DNA from: an uncultured Mycoplasmatota bacterium | Lineage (GTDB): Bacteria > Bacillota_I > Bacilli_A > RF39 > UBA660 | Assembly (NCBI GenBank): GCA_900549325.1 | Contig: UROI01000001.1 | Location: 108,973 to 172,972 of the forward strand | Direction of reading: 5' to 3' | DNA length: 64,000 bases | Part shown: positions 57,368-64,000 of the stretch, in pieces | Layout of the letters: every line of letters starts with the position of its first letter | Numbering within the stretch: the first letter of the stretch is position 1 | Program-made: the position numbers and the translations under genes | The notes under the pieces: model-generated | Told to the model about the DNA's origin: nothing | Databases searched by the model: none | What the model saw: the letters and a program-made list of their open reading frames with translations, nothing else

Positions 57368-60097
57368 ATGGTGGTGGTAATTGTGTATAAAAACAAAAAA
57401 ATATTTATATTAGGAATGGCTAGAAGTGGTTATGAAGTAGCTAAATTACTTTCTAGTGATAATGAGATATTTATTACTGATATGAAGGAACAGGAAAAAG
57501 ATAAAGTAGAAGAATTAGAAAAACTAGGTGTTACTATTAAGATATGTGATGATCCAATAGAATACTTAGATGATAGTTTTGATATTATGGTTAAAAATCC
57601 TGGTATTAAGTATACTCATCCTTGTGTAGTTAAGGCTAGGGGGCTTGGTATACCGGTAATTAATGAAGTAGAAGTTGCTTATCATTATATTGATAAAAAT
57701 GTTAAGATAATTGGTGTTACTGGTTCTAATGGCAAAACTACTACTACTAGTATTATATATGAAATAATGAAAAAAGCTTTTGGTGATAAAGTTATTTTAG
57801 CGGGTAATATTGGTACTCCTCTATGTCATTATGCTAAAGATATTAAAAAAGATAGTTACTTAGTTATGGAAATAAGTGATCATCAGTTATGTGATATGTA
57901 TGATTTTAAGACTAATGTATCTGTTATGACTAATATATATGAATGTCATACTGATTTTCATGATAGTCATGAAAGATATGTTATGACTAAGAAGAAAATA
58001 TTTAATAATCATAGTAAAGATGATATAGCTCTTATTAATATGGATAATAGTGAAGAGATGGAACTTACTAGTGATATTGTTAGTACTAAAGAATATTTTT
58101 CTTGTGATAAGAAGACTGATTGTTATTATAAAGATGGTTTTATTTATTATAAAGATGAAAAATATATTGATACTAGTAAGATTATTTTAAAAGGTAATCA
58201 TAATTATCAAAATATTATGTGTGCTATTCTTGCTACAAAAGTATATGATGTTAGTGATGAAATAATTAAAGATGTTGTTAGTACTTTTAGCGGTGTTGAA
58301 CATAGACTTGAGTATGTTGGCAATATTAATGGTAGAGAGGTATATAATGACTCTAAGAGTACTAATACTGAATCTACAGTTATAGCACTTAACTCTTTTG
58401 ATAAGGATACTATTCTTATTATGGGTGGTACTGATAGAGGTCATTCTTTTGAAGAACTAAAGGAACCTATGAAACATACTAAGTTAGTTGTTACCTATGG
58501 TGAAACTAAAAATAGAATAAAAGAATTTTGCGATAGGATTAAAATTAAATGTATAGTATGTGATAATTTAGTAGAGGCTACTGGTATTGCTTATGATAAT
58601 TCTAAAGAAGGAGATATTATACTTCTTAGTCCTGCTTGTGCTAGTTGGGATCAGTTTCCTAACTTTGAGACAAGAGGTAAATTATTTAAAGATACAATAC
58701 TAAAATATAAGAAAAGTTTATTTCTAGAAAAGGGTAAACATATTTATATGATGGGTATTGGTGGTATTAGTATGAGTGGTATTGCTGATATACTTGTTAA
58801 TATGGGATATAAAGTTAGTGGTAGTGATAGAATGGAATCTTCTGTTACTGATAAACTTACTAGTCAAGGTATTAAAGTATTTATACCACAAAGTAAGGAT
58901 AATATTACTAAAGATATAGATTTTATAGTATATACTGCGGCGATAAAAGATGATAATGAAGAAATGATTGAGGCTAAAAAGAATAATATTCCTATGATGG
59001 AAAGAGGAGAATTTTTAGGAGAAATTACTAAATTATATTCTAATACTATAGGAGTTGCTGGTACTCATGGAAAAACTAGTACTACTTCAATGCTTTCTTG
59101 TATATTCTTAAAGGGTAATATGGATCCTACTATTCAAGTTGGTAGCATGCTTAAGAATATTAATGGTAACTATAGAGTAGGCAAGAGTGATACTTTGATT
59201 ATTGAGGCTTGTGAATATTGTGATAGTTATCTTAACTTTAAACAAAAATCCGCTATTGTACTTAATATTGATAATGATCATTTGGATTACTTTAAGAACT
59301 TAGATAATATTAAGAAATCTTTTTATGAGTATGTTAGTCATTTACCTAGTGATGGTTATTTAGTTATTAATAATGATGATGATAATAGTAGTCATTTAAA
59401 AGAACATACTAAAGCTAAAGTTATTACTTATGGTATTAATAATAAAGCTGATTATATGGCTGATAATATTAAATTTAATAAAGATGGCTGTGGTATATTT
59501 GATGTTATTTATGATAATAAGAATTTAGGTACTATTGAACTTTCTGTACCTGGAGGACATAATATATCTAATGCTTTGTCTACAATAGCACTATCTATGA
59601 CTTATGGTATAGATTTTAATGATATTAAAGAAGGTCTTAAAGATTATAAAGGCGCTTCAAGAAGAATGGAATACAAGGGTGAGTTCATGGGAGCTAAAGT
59701 ATATGATGACTATGGACATCATCCTACTGAAATAGAGGCTACTGCAAGGGCTATTCATGGTATGGAACATAATGAAACTTGGGTTATATTTGAACCACAT
59801 ACTTATTCAAGAGCTTATAAACATAAAGAGTCTTTTGCTAAAGTACTTAGTGAATTTGATCACATAATTATTACGGATATATATGCTGCGAGAGAAAGCA
59901 ATACTTATGGTATTAAAGAAGAAGATATTATTAAAGAAATAAAGAAATATGGTAAAGAGGCATTCCATATAAGTAATTATGATGATATTAAAACTTATTT
60001 ATCTGAATATGTTAATAAGGGTGATTTAGTTCTTACTTTGGGTGCTGGTTTTGTTACTAAACTTGCTGATTTATTAGTAAATAAAGAAAATGAATGA
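57368..60097 (+). CDS. murD-murC: Fused UDP-MurNAc-L-Ala:D-Glu ligase (MurD) and UDP-MurNAc:L-Ala ligase (MurC), single 909-aa ORF
   Basis: The N-terminal half reads KIFILGMARSG, GVTGSNGKTTTTSII, SPACASWDQFPNFETRGKLF (MurD). The C-terminal half reads HIYMMGIGGISMSGIADIL, GVAGTHGKTSTTSML, DIYAARE (MurC). The junction (~58690-58760) has no stop or frame change. The exact start (ATG 57368 or GTG 57383) is uncertain. Confidence 0.85.
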   Translation: MVVVIVYKNKKIFILGMARSGYEVAKLLSSDNEIFITDMKEQEKDKVEELEKLGVTIKICDDPIEYLDDSFDIMVKNPGIKYTHPCVVKARGLGIPVINEVEVAYHYIDKNVKIIGVTGSNGKTTTTSIIYEIMKKAFGDKVILAGNIGTPLCHYAKDIKKDSYLVMEISDHQLCDMYDFKTNVSVMTNIYECHTDFHDSHERYVMTKKKIFNNHSKDDIALINMDNSEEMELTSDIVSTKEYFSCDKKTDCYYKDGFIYYKDEKYIDTSKIILKGNHNYQNIMCAILATKVYDVSDEIIKDVVSTFSGVEHRLEYVGNINGREVYNDSKSTNTESTVIALNSFDKDTILIMGGTDRGHSFEELKEPMKHTKLVVTYGETKNRIKEFCDRIKIKCIVCDNLVEATGIAYDNSKEGDIILLSPACASWDQFPNFETRGKLFKDTILKYKKSLFLEKGKHIYMMGIGGISMSGIADILVNMGYKVSGSDRMESSVTDKLTSQGIKVFIPQSKDNITKDIDFIVYTAAIKDDNEEMIEAKKNNIPMMERGEFLGEITKLYSNTIGVAGTHGKTSTTSMLSCIFLKGNMDPTIQVGSMLKNINGNYRVGKSDTLIIEACEYCDSYLNFKQKSAIVLNIDNDHLDYFKNLDNIKKSFYEYVSHLPSDGYLVINNDDDNSSHLKEHTKAKVITYGINNKADYMADNIKFNKDGCGIFDVIYDNKNLGTIELSVPGGHNISNALSTIALSMTYGIDFNDIKEGLKDYKGASRRMEYKGEFMGAKVYDDYGHHPTEIEATARAIHGMEHNETWVIFEPHTYSRAYKHKESFAKVLSEFDHIIITDIYAARESNTYGIKEEDIIKEIKKYGKEAFHISNYDDIKTYLSEYVNKGDLVLTLGAGFVTKLADLLVNKENE

Positions 60098-60099
60098 TA

Positions 60100-60366
60100 T
60101 TATTTTTCATTCATTTTTTCTTTGAGAAATTTTTCAAACATAGTTAGTCCATATCTACTGTTGTAGTAATTAGGAAATTCATTTAAATGGGCTAAAGCTA
60201 TTTTAGTAGTTATTATTAAATTGTCGTTGGTTACATTGGTTTCAGGATTTATTGTTCCATGTTCTAATTCAATATTCATTCCAGTTAATAATTCTTCTTT
60301 TGTAAATTTATCAAATTTAATATTTAACTTATTTGACACTTCTAGTACATCTTTTAATGTAAACAT
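60100..60366 (-). CDS. DUF5661-like small protein
   Basis: MFTLKDVLEVS...LLTGMNIELEHGT...IALAHLNEFPNYY. ATG 60366 follows GGTGAT. Confidence 0.6.
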   Translation of the reverse strand: MFTLKDVLEVSNKLNIKFDKFTKEELLTGMNIELEHGTINPETNVTNDNLIITTKIALAHLNEFPNYYNSRYGLTMFEKFLKEKMNEK

Positions 60367-60419
60367 ATTTATCACCAATTAAATATATGTTGTTTATTTA
60401 GAAAATAGATTAAAACTAA

Positions 60420-60448
60420 TTGACTTTATATATATTATGTTATATACT
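60420..60448 (+). promoter_or_regulatory. SigA-type promoter of the Fur-family/rubrerythrin operon
   Basis: TTGACT (60420-60425), 17 nt, TATACT (60443-60448). Confidence 0.6.
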
Positions 60449-60453
60449 TTTAT

Positions 60454-60468
60454 TAGTAATCATTACTA
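60454..60468 (+). promoter_or_regulatory. Fur-family 7-1-7 operator
   Basis: A perfect inverted repeat TAGTAAT-C-ATTACTA sits just downstream of the -10 and upstream of the SD. The architecture matches Fur/PerR/Zur boxes (nnnTAATnATTAnnn). Confidence 0.6.
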
Positions 60469-60482
60469 TTAAGGAGAGGGAT

Positions 60483-60848
60483 ATGCGTAATACTAAACAA
60501 AGAGATTGTATATTAGATATAATTAATAATAGCTATAATCACTTGAATGCTTATCAGGTTTATGATAAGGCTAAAGAGATTATTCCTAATATTAGTTTGG
60601 GGACTGTATATCGTAATTTATCTTGGTTATCTGATAACAATAAAATTAGATTTTTTCTAGTAGATGGTACTTTTAGATATGATAGAAATGATATCCATGA
60701 TCATTTTATATGTACTAAATGTGGTGATGTTATTGATATACCAAGAGATAAAAATATTAAAAAGTATTTAGATGGTAATTTAGTAGTTGATTATGAAATA
60801 AAATATAAGGGCATTTGTGCTAAATGTCAAAGGGAGGAAAATTTATAA
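60483..60848 (+). CDS. Fur-family transcriptional regulator (PerR-like)
   Basis: [11 protein letters not shown]...[21 protein letters not shown] and CAKC (CxxC pairs). It is co-transcribed with rubrerythrin. ATG 60483 follows AAGGAGAGGG. Confidence 0.85.
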   Translation: MRNTKQRDCILDIINNSYNHLNAYQVYDKAKEIIPNISLGTVYRNLSWLSDNNKIRFFLVDGTFRYDRNDIHDHFICTKCGDVIDIPRDKNIKKYLDGNLVVDYEIKYKGICAKCQREENL

Positions 60849-61387
60849 TGGAATTAAAAGGAAGTAAAACTGAACAAAACTTAATGACTGCTTTTGCGGG
60901 TGAATCACAAGCTAGAAATAAATATACTTATTTTGCTTCAAAGGCTAGAAAAGATGGCTTTGAACAAATAGCAGATATATTTGAAGAGACTGCTAATAAC
61001 GAGAAAGAACATGCTAAGATGTGGTTTAAGGAATTAAATGGTGGTGAAGTTCCTAGTACAATGGATAATCTTTTAGCGGCTGCTGAAGGTGAAAACTATG
61101 AATGGACTGATATGTATAAAGGTTTTGCTGAGACTGCTAGAGAAGAAGGATTTACTAGACTTGCTTATTTATTTGAAGAAGTTGCTAAAATTGAAAAGGA
61201 ACACGAAGAAAGATATAGAAAATTACTTGTTAATGTAAAAGATGGTTTAGTATTTTCTCGTGAGGGAGATAGAATATGGCAATGTAGAAATTGTGGTCAT
61301 ATTGTTATTGGAAAAGAGGCTCCTAAAGTATGTCCTGTATGTAATCATCCACAAAGTTATTTTGAAATTAAGAAAGAGAATTATTAA
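60848..61387 (+). CDS. rbr: Rubrerythrin
   Basis: The diiron four-helix motifs are ESQARNKY and EKEHAKMW / EKEHEERY. The C-terminal rubredoxin-like domain is CRNCGH...CPVCNHP. The start overlaps the upstream stop (TAATG). Confidence 0.93.
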   Translation: MELKGSKTEQNLMTAFAGESQARNKYTYFASKARKDGFEQIADIFEETANNEKEHAKMWFKELNGGEVPSTMDNLLAAAEGENYEWTDMYKGFAETAREEGFTRLAYLFEEVAKIEKEHEERYRKLLVNVKDGLVFSREGDRIWQCRNCGHIVIGKEAPKVCPVCNHPQSYFEIKKENY

Positions 61388-61445
61388 TTTAATTCTTTTT
61401 TTGCATATTTACTTATATATTACATATTAGTATAGTGTGATAGAA

Positions 61446-61871
61446 ATGAAAAATATTAATTATAAGAAACTAGCTATTTTTATAGCAATTCCTTTAGTAC
61501 TTGGAGGTATGGTTGGTCTTATTACTATGAAGGGTACTTCTAGTTATGATGGACCTGTACCCAGATGGCTTTTTCCTGTAGTATGGAGTATATTATATAT
61601 ACTTATGGGTATATCTAGTTATATTATTAGTGATAATAAAAAGTTACTTAATATTTATAAGATTAATTTAATAGTTAATTTACTTTGGCCTATTATATTC
61701 TTTCTATTTAAACTTAAAGTATTAGCTTTCTTTTGGATACTTATATTAATTTTAATAGTAGGGTATATGATATATAAGTTTTATCAAGAAAATAAATTAT
61801 CTAGTTATTTACTGATACCTTATATATTATGGTTAGTATTTGCTTCAGTACTTAATTTATTAGAACTTTAA
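61446..61871 (+). CDS. tspO: TspO/MBR family tryptophan-rich sensory protein
   Basis: Five TM helices, with WLFPVVWSILYILMGISSY, NLLWPIIFF and LIPYILWLVFASVLN. Confidence 0.85.
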   Translation: MKNINYKKLAIFIAIPLVLGGMVGLITMKGTSSYDGPVPRWLFPVVWSILYILMGISSYIISDNKKLLNIYKINLIVNLLWPIIFFLFKLKVLAFFWILILILIVGYMIYKFYQENKLSSYLLIPYILWLVFASVLNLLEL

Positions 61872-61926
61872 ATAGTTCTTTTTTTATTTGAGTAAATATG
61901 ATAAAATATTATCTGAGGTAGTTAGT

Positions 61927-63495
61927 ATGATTAAAGAAGTAAGAAGTAAAGGAAAAAAGATATTTAAAGATAATTTTTGGAAAGTAGTAGCAGTATGTTT
62001 TATTACTGCAATTATGACTGGTAGTTCTACTATATACTTAATAAGTAATGAATATAACTCTAATAGTGGTAATTTAATATATCAAAGTGGTATTTTGGAA
62101 AATAAGACTAATTCACAAATAATTAGTGATTTTATTAAGTCTGTTGATAAAACTAAAGATAAGGTCGATGATTATTTAAGTAAAACTACTAGAGGTATTA
62201 TTGCTACTTTTGTTAATAATATTCATAGTTCTAATTCTTTTGTATTTGGTACTCTTAATGCTGTTAATGAACTTGTTTTTAAAAATAAGGTAACTTCTGG
62301 TATTATTATTTTTATTGGTGCTTTAATTAGATTTTTATATTGGTTTTTTGGTAGCAATGTAATTAAAGTTGGTGAATGTAGATTTTTCTTGGAAAATAGA
62401 AAATATAAGAAAACTAAGATGAAAAGATTAGTATTTGCTTATCAAGATAAAAAATATGTTAACATAGCAAAGGTAATGTTTAAGAAATATTTATATCAAT
62501 TCTTATGGTCACTTACTATAGTTGGTGGTGTTATTAAGCATTATTCTTATTATTTTGTTCCTTATATTATTGCGGAAAATCCAAATATGAAGTCTGGAGA
62601 TGTAATTAGATTATCTAAAAATATGACTAAAGGTTATAAATGGAAGATGTTCTTACTTGATTTGAGTTTTATACCTTACTATATATTAGGTATATGTACA
62701 TTTAATATATTTAATTTACTTGTTACTAATCCTTATAAAGAATGCTCTTATACTGAATTATATATGAATATAAGAAAAAATTATATTACTAGTAAGATGG
62801 CTGGATATGAATACTTGATAGAGGATTTTGATGGTCCCCTGTTGGATGAAGAATATCCTGAAGATATACAAAAGGGAAAAAAGAAAATTGGAAAAATTAA
62901 ATATGATTTTTGGGAACTTTTATTATTATTTTTTGCTTTTGCCTTTACAGGCTATTTATGGGAAGTATTACTTCATTTGTTTAGTGATGGTGAGTTTGTT
63001 AATAGGGGTTCATTATATGGACCTTGGCTTCCTATATATGGTGGAGGTGGAGTACTTACATTGGTTTTACTTAATAGGTATAGAGATAATCCTACTTTTG
63101 TCTTTTTTGCTTCAGTGGTACTATGCGGTATTGTTGAATATTTTAGCTCATTATATATGGAACTTATTTTTCATATGAGATGGTGGGATTATACTGGATA
63201 TTTCTTTAATATTAATGGAAGAATATGTTTAGAAGGATTATTGTTCTTTGGTTTTGGCTGTACCGCTAGTATTTATTTTGTTACGCCATTTTTACTTGAT
63301 TTATTCCATAAACTTGACAAGGCTTTTGTTAAATATTTAGCTATTATGCTAAGTGTATTAATACTTATTGATTTGAGTTTTTATTTAACTATTGGACCTA
63401 ATAATGGTAATGGTATAACTTCTTATAAAGATTCAATAAATGATATAAATGTGTCAAATTTGACAAATTACTACAATTATATTGACAATTATTAG
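61927..63495 (+). CDS. Polytopic membrane protein: DUF975-like N-terminal half fused to a putative ABC-transporter type IV (PF06541-like) C-terminal half
   Basis: ATG 61927 follows GAGGT. The C-terminal half YLWEVLLHLFSDGEFVNRGSLYGPWLPIYGGGGVL...RWWDY matches the PF06541 pattern. The N-terminal family call is tentative. Confidence 0.6.
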   Translation: MIKEVRSKGKKIFKDNFWKVVAVCFITAIMTGSSTIYLISNEYNSNSGNLIYQSGILENKTNSQIISDFIKSVDKTKDKVDDYLSKTTRGIIATFVNNIHSSNSFVFGTLNAVNELVFKNKVTSGIIIFIGALIRFLYWFFGSNVIKVGECRFFLENRKYKKTKMKRLVFAYQDKKYVNIAKVMFKKYLYQFLWSLTIVGGVIKHYSYYFVPYIIAENPNMKSGDVIRLSKNMTKGYKWKMFLLDLSFIPYYILGICTFNIFNLLVTNPYKECSYTELYMNIRKNYITSKMAGYEYLIEDFDGPLLDEEYPEDIQKGKKKIGKIKYDFWELLLLFFAFAFTGYLWEVLLHLFSDGEFVNRGSLYGPWLPIYGGGGVLTLVLLNRYRDNPTFVFFASVVLCGIVEYFSSLYMELIFHMRWWDYTGYFFNINGRICLEGLLFFGFGCTASIYFVTPFLLDLFHKLDKAFVKYLAIMLSVLILIDLSFYLTIGPNNGNGITSYKDSINDINVSNLTNYYNYIDNY

Positions 63496-63511
63496 ATACT
63501 GATGTATTATT

Positions 63512-63540
63512 AAATTGTACTATTTATGGTAGTACAATTT
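63512..63540. other. 11-bp perfect inverted repeat in the spacer before the glycosyltransferase gene
   Basis: AAATTGTACTA-tttatgg-TAGTACAATTT. No T-run follows, and it lies 15 nt upstream of the ATG at 63555. Confidence 0.6.
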
Positions 63541-63554
63541 ACGGCGGTGAAAAA

Positions 63555-64000
63555 ATGTTAAGAATACTAACTTATATTGTTATGGTAATAACCAGCTTTT
63601 ATTTATTTTACTTCATGGTTATGGCTGTAGGAATATTTAAAAAGAAAAAAGAAAAAGTTTTAGTGGATAAAAAGAATAATTTTGCTGTTATAATAGCGGC
63701 AAGAAATGAAGAAGCAGTTATTGCTAATTTAGTTAAAAGTTTAAAAAAACAAAATTATCCTAAGGACCACTATGAAATATATGTTATTGTTAATAACTGT
63801 ACTGATAACACTGAAGAAGAAGCTAGAAAAGCTGGAGCTAAAGTTATTATGTGTACAGAGAAAGTTAAATCTAAGGGTGAAGTACTTAAATTTACTTTTA
63901 ATAAATTAAAAAAAGAAAAAGATATAGATGCTTATGTTATATTTGATGCAGATAATTTGGTACATAAAGATTTCTTAAATAAAATGAATGATAGTCTTAA
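63555..64000 (+). CDS. Family 2 glycosyltransferase, N-terminal part (runs off window)
   Basis: An N-terminal TM, then FAVIIAARNEEAVIANLVKSL...YVIVNNCTDNT...VIFDADN (DxD). Confidence 0.8.
   Translation, partial: MLRILTYIVMVITSFYLFYFMVMAVGIFKKKKEKVLVDKKNNFAVIIAARNEEAVIANLVKSLKKQNYPKDHYEIYVIVNNCTDNTEEEARKAGAKVIMCTEKVKSKGEVLKFTFNKLKKEKDIDAYVIFDADNLVHKDFLNKMNDSL

Overview
Very AT-rich (roughly 25-30% G+C by eye), standard-code chromosome segment from a low-GC, spore-forming Firmicute; spoIVA and spoVIF are present. All family and domain names come from motif recognition by eye, with no database search. Most of the window is core housekeeping. This includes ftsH (partial), tilS, tyrS with a Tyr T-box leader, prfA-prmC, a class A PBP, argS, rpoE, hup, spoIVA, der, engB, cysS, gatCAB and tRNA-Asn. 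It also holds the full secE-nusG-rplKAJL-methyltransferase-rpoBC block, a fused murD-murC ORF, perR-rubrerythrin and tspO. No rRNA, CRISPR array, transposase, integrase or prophage gene was seen. Four things stand out. (1) A dispersed family of short tandem hairpins sits in seven intergenic spacers. The 15 hairpins have covarying stems, a conserved RAG-A...G-CTY core and often a conserved promoter-like head box, and I cannot assign them to a known element. (2) An accessory surface cluster (50.7-56.5 kb) encodes a large LRR/Big_2 protein with a C-terminal dockerin-like duplication. It is flanked by two paralogous membrane-anchored proteins with cohesin-like N-terminal modules, downstream of a hybrid kinase-like protein that lacks the phospho-acceptor His. 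(3) A single 909-aa ORF fuses MurD and MurC. (4) Smaller oddities include a decayed RelB/ParE toxin-antitoxin pair and a 37-bp promoter block duplicated in front of two adjacent genes. There is also an activase-less dehydratase-like gene pair in an operon with tandem VUT-type transporters and a LexA-like repressor, and two L1-stalk-like motifs flank rplK. Several ORF-track starts were moved to downstream ATG/GTG codons that have proper Shine-Dalgarno spacing.
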